Positions 54,036 to 64,000 of a stretch of 64,000 nucleotides of DNA are shown in pieces. Under the pieces are notes generated by a model, which saw nothing but the letters and a program-made list of their open reading frames with translations, made no database searches and was not told the origin of the DNA. Source of the stretch: Chrysomallon squamiferum (taxonomy: Eukaryota > Animalia > Mollusca); the NCBI GenBank assembly GCA_012295275.1, contig CM022679.1:23870001-23934000 (forward strand), in the 5' to 3' direction. Position 1 is the stretch's first letter. The number at the start of each line of letters is the position of its first letter. Both the position numbers and the translations under genes were made by a program.

Positions 54036-55296
54036 AATGATGATAATGATAACAAGAAGGTATCTACTACAGAGATGTATCAAAAGTTAAACTCTTTGAA
54101 ATACTAAGTCTTTAAAAGCATTAAATAATAACTAAGAAATGTTTTACATATCAATATAATTAAAATATCAAAATAATGTGAAAGTACTAAGCCTATAAAA
54201 GTGATGGAAATAAAATTAATATAAAACACTAAATAATAATATTAATTATATTTCAATACAAGAAAATAGGTGAGCTAAAATTATAACAATATCACTTATC
54301 ACAATTGTTAAAAATGGAGAAAATGTGTAAAGATTTACAAAAAGAATTAATGTACAATGGTGATCTTAAAAAACAAGGTTTATCAAAATGATAATGTATT
54401 AAAAAGATTAATAATAAATTCAACTAATTGGTTTTTCATTTTCTTACAATAAAGAATTTGTAAAAAAATTTAAATGAAAAAAGTATAATTTTAAGGTAAC
54501 TGACACATTAATATTGTTAGCTATGTAAAATAATGATTGCCATTTGATGCACAGATTACGTCTGTGTGTCAAAAAAAAAAAAAAAAAAAAAAACCAAATC
54601 AATTAAATAATTACATGAAAATACATTTGAAAAAAAAGAAAGAAAATAAGAAATGGAATGTAAAGTTAACATATACCAAAATGTAACAGTTACAAACAAC
54701 AAATTTATACTAAAATCACTGTTTCTAAAAAAAACCCAGCCATGATAGACACTAATCAAGCACAATTAAGGATTTCATTTTATGAACCTCTGCTTGAGAG
54801 ATAGGCACTTTATTTACAGGTATTTCTTCATACAACTGTACATGTTTTTAAAGACTTAAGTTATCAAAATACTGACAATAATAAAAAAAGTTAAAAACAA
54901 TATTTAAAACTACACTAGTCTTTCTTTTGGAATGCTCTACTAAAGAAAATAAAGTTTTATTTCTATGTACAACCAACAATAATAAAATTAAATAAAAAAC
55001 CCATGAAAATCTTGCCAGAAATTATAGGAAAATAAATCACAAGAAAAGAAATACTTTGTTAACAGATAATAAAAAAACTAAAAAAATTAGATATTTCTCT
55101 AAAATGTTCAGAAAGAAGCAGATATATTTATAATAGTTATAAAAATTAATAAGAGCATACCATGGTATAATTTAAATATAAAACACCAAAATGCATGCAT
55201 TATCATTACTTACAGCATCATAACTGCAAACACAAACACACACATAAAAATATATTTATAATATAATATAGTGTCTTTGTTAAATATTGGGCAAAC

Positions 55297-58200
55297 TTAA
55301 AATTTGCTGTAAGTGGAATTTCTTTTGATGGAAACCTGCATATTGGTACAGAAGTCGGCTGTGAAGGGAATACAGTTAAAATACTGACAGGCTTCGCATT
55401 CTGTGATTGGTACCACGTAGAAGAGAATCGCCAGCAATACAAACACGCCGACTGATACCGACAAACAAATGACAATTCCAATTATTTTTCTTCTTCTGTC
55501 AAACTTTCCAAACGAAACATATGGCAGGAGAGCAAAGGCAAGCAGCACTCCAAAAATAAAGCCAAACAGATGTGCCCAGTTGTCAAACCATGGCAGAAGA
55601 CCAAGAAGGAAAAGGATAAGAATTGGTATTAGTAGTTTAAGGATGGCCTTGGCAGGGTGACGGTACATCTGCCAACTCTGAAGAACCTCTACAAGAAGAC
55701 AGGCCAGGATTCCAAACTGTGATCCAGATGGACCAGCCTGCAGAGAAAAACATCAAAAACAGTTAAGAATTAAGTTTATTATCCAGCTGTAAAAACCCCC
55801 CAAAAAGTTCTTAGTAAGAATTCATTTTATTAACCAGATGTAGTAAAAAAAGTCACTAAAAATTAATTTAATTATCCACGTGTAATCTTTTTCTAATCTT
55901 TTTTTCATAAGTGGTCTGTGGTGAATCTCTTTGTCTGTCTGTCTGTGACTCTGTCTATATAATGTTAACACCCACACAAAAAAATCATGTTTCATTGTTT
56001 GCTTTACTGATGAGAGAGAGTAAATAATTCAGATTTAATCACTTGAAAAAATTAATAGCAAATAAAAACAGAGCAATGGAATTCTGAACTTTCAAAAGTA
56101 AGAAACTATTTGTTTTACCTCTACTTGGTATGGAAGGAAGATACAACTGGCCAGATTTCCAGCAATGCCAGTGGCCATGTAGATGATGGCCATTCTGATA
56201 GCACCGGTCAGTTTTTCCATATCTCGCATCACCAACATCTGGAAGATGACGGTGATGATCAAATGAAACAGTCTGAAAAATAAAAACCAAAATCAAATAA
56301 AAATAACTGACTGGACATTGTAAGTTAAATCATTATAAGTGAAATGTAAAAAGGAAATGTAATAAATCATTCCTCCAGTTTACACCTTTTACAGTTGCAT
56401 CCATTCAGAATGTTCATTCTTTTTCTTATGACTGCTGATAAATTTTAAGGTGGAAACAAAGAATCAAAAAATTTATGAACTCAAAACATCTTTTGCGAAA
56501 TTAAGTGTACTGTTTGAACTTGAGAATCAGATCGTAAACAATGAATATATTGAAAAGGACCTACAACTTTGCATGAAATGACAAAACTGTTAGTAAAACA
56601 AGTGTTTTTCAGATTAGTATCTTGTTTTCTAAGAAAAGAAAGCAAACTGACAAATTTTAAAATCTCACCCTCCATGTAAAAACAGAGATGTCCACAGTCT
56701 GTAGAACTGGTCTGGTTTATCAGGGTTGGTGAAAGCAATCATACCACAGATCTGTTCCATGCATTTCACCTAGCAAAAATAATTAGTTGATAAATGTTTT
56801 AAAAATTTTCTTTAACAGAAATAATAATAATAATAATAATAAAAAAAAACCCCAAAACTAAAATTACTCTTACCACCAGTAGTTACTAACAATATAATAA
56901 AAAATGCTTATGATGTATTAACATATTTGAAATATATTCTATAACATTTCAACTGTAACAATGTTAGTCTTTTCACCAAAACCTAGCACAGTAAACTGAA
57001 CTACATGTGACAAGCTGGTCCAAACTGTCTCCTCTTTACATCTTTATCATCTATGGCAACAGTCCTGATATCACTATTTTAATAAAAACAACATATTCTG
57101 TCCCACTACATATTATTAATGTACTGCTTACAGTAGAAAGAAGTATCCAGTGTTTGCATTTGGATAACTATAATGCAAAGCCCTGACATAAAATGGTTAT
57201 TCAATGTATTTTACTATAATACAGTATAATTGTCTAACAGAATAATCTTTTGAATGATTTGCTTCAGGTAAATTATTGATTACTGATGAATAATAACAAT
57301 AAAATACAATTATTACCTGAGAACACAGAAAGGCTTCTTCATGGTAGTAGCCTCTCTTTAAATCACAGTGCTCACGTGTGGTAATAATACATTCACCCTG
57401 TATCCCATGGCAACAAGGGTGACCAACAACTTCACAGGTCATGTGACGATCTTGGGTGCTGGCCTGAGTGACATTTGGTTTGTCTGTTGTGAGGCAAAGC
57501 TGTGTCACAGGAGTAAAATGTGAATCAGAATTAGAAAAAGAAAATGACTTCGTTAAAGATACATTTGTTATTTGTCTGAAACACACTGACATTTCTAAAA
57601 ATTACAGGCCAAATTAAAGATATTATGTGTTTTGACTGATGCTACATTTGTTATCATACATAGATACTTCTGGAATTTACAGTGGATTAAAGATCAAGTT
57701 CTAGAATTTACAGACAGATAAATGAGATGATTATTTTTATTATTATTTTTTAATCATAATTCATTATCATTTAAAATATTTTATAACAAATAACAAATAA
57801 CAAAACTGTGGTTTGGAGTTGCAGAGTGTGAATCATTAAAAGTCACCAAGCTCTATGTTCAGAGTATTTATTTCTCTTATAGGTTGTTTTTCTTGTTTTT
57901 AACCTTTTATTCTTAACACAAATTCCACTAATGGACTCTAACACATATGTAAAACTGACATATTATACTGTTCATGATTCAGACAAAACATTATTCTGAT
58001 GATTCTTCCCAAATATGCCCAATAACTTGGACCTAAACACAGAAAAGAAACTTACTGGCCATTTTGTGATGTCATCTTCCCATTCAAACGGAGGCACTGA
58101 GGCAGGGTCAGTACAGAAGCTTCAAGTAAAATGAAATATAAAAGTTAATTTTCAAGTGAATTCAGGATAAAAAACTTTTTTCTCCAAATGTCACATTTTA

Positions 58201-61096
58201 CAAAGCAAAATTATTATTTGAACACACATTTATTGTCTTTGTATCTTCACTAACACACTAATTCACTGACCGTGGATCTTGACCACACACTGATCCTGAA
58301 GTGCGGCTGTCTGGTCCACTGTTTCCTGGTTCACTCCAGTCTTCAAATGATGACAAAACAGGCTGTATAATGAAGTAGATAAAATTATAAACAAAAACAA
58401 AAACAAAAAAAAGCTTAAGAAAACTGAAAACAAATTGAAATGTAGTTTTGACAGACATTTTGATAACTTCAATACAATCATATTTTCTGACAGAATGTTG
58501 TATTTTTTTTTTTTTGCTTTTCTTAATCAAGATTTTTAAGTTCAAGTGTTAATGGTGTAAAATAATTGCTTTTCAATACCTTTCTAACTAAAATAAAGTC
58601 TAATGGGACAATAATAATGACATTAACCTTAATTACTTGGTAATATCAGTAAATTTAAATCAGCAAAGGTATCTGTTTATATTTAACTATTATACTTATT
58701 GTTAGTATAGTTTTTTCTGGCATCATGAGTTAAAAATAAAATAAGTTACTTTCTGTTCATCCCTCATATAATAAACTGCAAAATAACTAAATACAATGCA
58801 TTATGAATGCTGTGTAAGTTATAAATAACAAAAAAAGTTACTAATCATTTCCATCATGAAAAACAACAACAAAAAACACTCTCTTTTCCCAGCAATTGTA
58901 TTAATACAACTACAAAATAATCAAATACAGTTAGCTGATGCATCATGAATAGTGTTTTAGCTACAAATGGCAATAAAGTTACTAACAACAATTATAATAA
59001 AAAATTAGTTATAATATAAAAAATAGAATAAAACAATTAATAAAAAAAAAAATAGAATTAAATAATAAAAAAAAAAATTTCAAAAAAAAAAAAAAAAACT
59101 TTTCTTCTCACCACAATCCTATCAAAACAATTATAAAATTAACAAAATTAATTTCAGGAATAAAACCAAGGTTAAAGAACTGACACTACATCTTTTCTTA
59201 GTCATCTGGGCACAGCCTGATCCATCATTTCTCACACAGCAAGCTGACGTCTTTTCTTCTTGCAAGTCAAGATTCAAAGCATTATTAAGATTTTCATCCC
59301 AGCGCATGCACGGAGAATATTTGGCTCCAAGATGAATGAGGTCAGCCTGTTAATACATAGAAATACTTAAAATAAGAGTCATATTCCAAAAACAGTTATA
59401 ATAATAGACAATTCTGTACATAAAACTCATACTTTTAAGATAATTATAATAACAATACATATCTGAGAATACTTAGAAATCTTTTACTATAAAAATCAAA
59501 TTCTAACAATAATGACAGACACCTGTACCTATTTCATAGAATATTTATACGTAAAAGTCTTATTTCAAAAAATTATAGTAACAGACATATCTGTATATAA
59601 AAAAAGTCATTTCTAAAATAATCTTAGCAATATACATATGTAGATAAAAGGCATATTTATAATTATAATAATAAATATAACTGTACATGTTTAGAAGATA
59701 ATTTTCCAAAATAATTATAGGAATAGACAAACCTTTCTACAATCATTTTAGTAATAGACATATATATATATTATAACTGAAAAAGTCATGTTTCCAAAAT
59801 AATTATAGGAATACACAAACCTTCACCAGCAGACTGAAGGATTTGAACATAAAAGTATATTTCCAAGATAATTATACAAGAATTAACAAGATCTTCCTGA
59901 CACAAACAAATATGTGGAGGTATCATGAAATAAAATCTATTCATTCAATTATTCTACTGCTGTTTGTAATTATATATTTCCAAAAACTGTTAATAAAATT
60001 CTGTTATTTATCCAGTAAATATTGTTAATTTGTAAGATTTCCAAATTTATGTTAATACATTGTTTATCAATAAAAAAAACTTACCTGTCTGGGTCCAATC
60101 CACAGATTATCCCTCTCCTGATGGTCTTCTTTTTGAAAAGCTAAATTAGGCATTCGAACCTACAAAATAAAATATTAAATAAAAATATTTTGATTGATTT
60201 AAATTTCTTATTATCATTCTTAATTATTAAAGGTTTATAATTATTTACATTTCAAATAAATAAATACAAGATAAATGAAAAATAAATAAAATATAAATGA
60301 ATAATTAAAAAAAGTCTGATAATAATAAATGATTTAAAAAGTTTAATTACTCTCATGGTAATAAAACATAAATTTACCTCTTTTTAAAAAAAAATAATGT
60401 GAAACCATAACTAAACAAAGTGAAAACTATATCTTTATTCAGGTTAATTTCAGTTATATATTATAATATTACATCAGACTACATAAACTCACTGTTTCAG
60501 AATAAACGGTTACACTAATTCCAATTGGAGCCACACCATAAACAGCCACAGCAACGATGTAACACACAATTTGTACAAATGTCACCCAGTAGGTAAAATA
60601 TGGTCTGAAAGACAAGTTATATATCCCTCATACCAACAACAACAACAAAACACCACAAAAAAAATAATAATAATATATAAACAAATGATAGTAGTAGCAG
60701 TAGTATTAGTATTAGTAGTAGTAATAACAATAATATTAATAATAGTAAAAACAATAACACACTATATAAAACAAATAAAAAATAACATAAAAATAATAAA
60801 TAAACTGATAAAATAAAATACCAAACAACATTAGAATATACTTAGAATATAAATTTTTAGTTTTTGTATTTTATGCATAGCTTTTGAAATTTATATTAAA
60901 TACTTGTAATGATAATACTATTTATATATAAACCAGTAAATAACCCAACAACTGATTGATTGTTTAGTAGAAAAACTTAAAATCTTTATTATTGTTTCTG
61001 GCTGTGAATTACAAAAGACACAAACAATAGTTAAGATACTGTAGTAAAAGTGACTGAGTAAATCTGTATTACATATTTCATATAACAGAATAACAG

Positions 61097-61136
<40 letters not shown>

Positions 61137-63629
61137 GATGGCTTTTTCTTAACACCAGTCATTTCTTATTTACCTATGGTCATCCAAGCTATCCATCTGC
61201 TTTTGTACATCATCTTTTTGGTATCTATCACTTTTAAAACTTCGTCTCAAAAGTCTTCCTACAAAACCCATACCAAGATGGCGTTTCTCTCTTTCTAAGG
61301 CTGTGTCCATAACTTTTCCTGCAATCCTCTTCAGGGGAAAGTCCACTTCATCGGTGCCTACACCTGGCGTGGAGGGAAGAGCTTGGGGGGGCATTCGTCT
61401 CCATCCTGGGGCTGGTTTAAAACCGCTGAAAACAAAAGGATTTCTGTATCTCTGTTTAGTAAGTAAAATTATTGTGCAAACACGAAATGGGTGTTGTGTT
61501 AAAAATCAAGAAAAGTGATTAGCAGAATACAGATTTCTGTTTTTCTATTAACTGTTAATGATGCAGTAACAAATTTGGATTAGTGGCAACAACTGTCAAT
61601 ACTAAACGTTGTATTCTTTTAAAAATTACTTCAGAATGATGCTAAGAAAAAGAGATAAATAATCTTAACATATATTAACAAACTAAAAATAACAATGACT
61701 TACAATATAAATTAACCCAATAAAATACTACTGGAAACAATACGATACATTTAGATTTACTTTTATTAGAAATGTAATTAGAATTGTTATATATATTTTT
61801 TGTTTGTTTGTTCTTCGTTTTTTTTTTTAAATAGTAGTATTGCCAGTTTAATAAATAACAAAATATAAATTTTCCTTTATTTCTAAATTTACTGCTACTT
61901 GTACCACTGCAACTGCAGAAAAAACTAAATTAAAACCAAGATACTGTGAAAACTGACATTCAAACCAAAAAATAAATTATATTAGAAATATGCTTCAGAT
62001 GTAAATCATACATTTCAGTTCCTTCAGACTCCTCTCTGATTTTGTCCAGACGAGCAGGTTCATAATCCCCACCTGCTGTCAGTGGCTCATCGTAAAAAAC
62101 ATCATCAACAAGACTAAAGGCATCATCGGTGTATTGCTGTAAAAAAATAAACAATAAAAATAGAAATTAAATACTACTACTAATAATAATAAAAAATAAA
62201 AATAAAGTAAATACTAATAGATAAAATAAATAATCCTCATCATCATCATCATCAAACATTACACATTTTTTTTAAATATAAATACCTCTATAATTAAAGA
62301 CTGAAATCTTAATTTTCTGTTTTTGTTACACCCCAAAAAGGCTTTTTAACAAATTTAACGCATAAACACCCTGTCTGATTTTTATCACAAAATAGATTTC
62401 AGAAATCACAATTTTCATCAACTGAACAGTAACTGATCAGTTTTTATCTATTTAATGTATTGTTAAACTTATGAACCTTTGCTTGTTATACATTAACAGA
62501 CAACATTTTTGCATTTAAAGAATAAAATAATTAGAATTTTAGTGAAAACAAGACAAAAATGATGTTCTCTACTTTTTTTCATAAAAAGTATTTTAAAACA
62601 TGACATTAAAAGGATACTGAAGACAAGAACATAAATACATCTACAAAATATGTAAAACAACATAAAGCTGAGTGATTTAAAATTATATGACAACTTCATT
62701 ACTTTTTTATCTTGATCAGAATTTATAGGGGCATTGCTTGCTTCCAATATCAAAATACAGGTTAATTTATCAGTATTATAAAGTACCTGTGAAGTGGCAA
62801 AACTCAAATCTTCATCAGGAATATCTCCAGCTAGACTAGCCGGAGCAAAGCTTCTACTTTTAAGAGCTTGTTTCTGCCTCAGTTTTCTCTTCACTCCCTG
62901 TAGTGAGAAAAAAGCAAAAATAATATGTTCAATCCAAAAACAAGAACAATCAAAACAAATAAAATAAGAAAACAGACTAATAAAAATACAACTGAAATAT
63001 TTTTATCATTACGATTCATCGACTGCTAATGCTAACCGTTTATTTTTTCTTCATTAAAATATATTTATCACAATTAACATTAAAGAGAAATATAAATTTC
63101 TCATTTTTTTTTAAATTCCCATAGCCTTATCCTATACTGGAATAACAAAGATACATTCAATGTTTTACTGATAAGTATAATTATACGAGTTTTTGGTGCA
63201 AAGACTGCTATCACCAAAACACAATTTACTTATTTATCATTTAACAAAAATCCAGGACCTATTTAAACACTAAGAGTAAGATAAATACTCACAGCTAATG
63301 TTGAAATACCCTGCCACGTCATTTTAATAACAGAATCTTTTGTTCTGGGGGTAGCCACATAGCCCCTGCGGTATGTGCTTGTACTTGAAAGTGGGGTGGT
63401 CCTGCGGGAGTACCTGTCTGTCTCACTAATGTGTCTGCCTGGAACTCGAAGAGGATCAACAATTCGGGGTGAAGCTGTATCAAGTTCATCCTCAGGATGA
63501 CGCACGAGCTCTTCTTTAAGTTTCCCAATAGATCCTGCGTAACGCTTCCTGCGATTATCCCATCTATCAGATCGCGAGCAATCTTCTTCTCCAACTCCGA
63601 AAAAGTCAGCAACACTATTTTTCATGTAT
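55297..63629 (-). CDS. RHBDF: Inactive rhomboid protein (iRhom, RHBDF1/2 ortholog), 13 coding exons visible, probably 5'-partial
   Basis: Exons 63293-63629, 62787-62897, 62012-62136, 61174-61425, 60493-60604, 60085-60159, 59185-59346, 58271-58362, 58056-58119, 57317-57499, 56669-56769, 56119-56272, 55297-55737; phases consistent. Motifs: ADFFGV...[25 protein letters not shown], Cys-rich iRhom homology domain ([37 protein letters not shown]), [16 protein letters not shown] and [14 protein letters not shown]. Confidence 0.95.
59375..59890. repeat. Degenerate ~40-50-bp minisatellite in an iRhom intron
   Basis: Recurrent (AAAAGTCAT)...TTCCAAAATAATTATAG(G/T)AATAGACA motif, about 9-10 degenerate copies. 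Confidence 0.65.
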
Positions 63630-64000
63630 CTGTGTTAAAAGTAATAATAAAATATAAACTACACTGCTTTAAACAGTTTGGACTGCACATATGTGGTCAT
63701 TATGCATCCTACTATGTGTACTTGTTGTAACACATCATAATGCTAGTCAACTAATGGTGACCAGAGTTTTTCTGAAAAAAATCTTGAATTCACCATCAAA
63801 TAAAAAATATTTCTTAGAAATTCCTTGTAACAAATGCTAACTACCTAGTATTAGTAAGTGTACAGAGTAGTTCCTGATGCTAATGCCTGTCAGAACATTT
63901 GGATGAGTCTGTAACATATAAAATAGGCACCAAATCTAACATATAAAATAGGCACCAAATTTTAAACTGTATTCCAGACTGTAGAAAAGTTTATATAACA

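Overview
This is AT-rich, microsatellite-rich eukaryotic (metazoan) genomic DNA with spliceosomal introns. A lophotrochozoan, probably molluscan, origin is my impression and cannot be proven from the window. I reconstructed eight intron-containing genes by hand from splice sites and reading phase: GRWD1 3' end (+), CIAO3/NARFL (-), a THAP-domain gene derived from a truncated P-element-type transposase (-), MLST8 (+, with a U12-type first intron), BRI3 (-), TECPR1 (+, three apparent +1 frameshifts), ZCCHC7/Air-like (-, with a tandemly duplicated exon) and an inactive rhomboid iRhom/RHBDF (-, probably 5'-incomplete). Mobile or repetitive DNA comprises two Tigger/pogo deletion derivatives, a hAT (Charlie/Buster-type) relic, two short hairpin MITE-like elements, several minisatellites and a ~2 kb foldback array of ~200-350 bp monomers. 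The best candidate for an undescribed system is the intact, spliced, catalytically truncated P-transposase 'neogene' (THAP + EHSY HCF-1 motif + coiled coil + P-type HTH + new acidic tail). It sits head-to-head with MLST8 across a 235-bp promoter bracketed by inverted ETS motifs. No prokaryotic features, tRNA or rRNA were seen. All homology calls are from recalled family motifs, not database searches.
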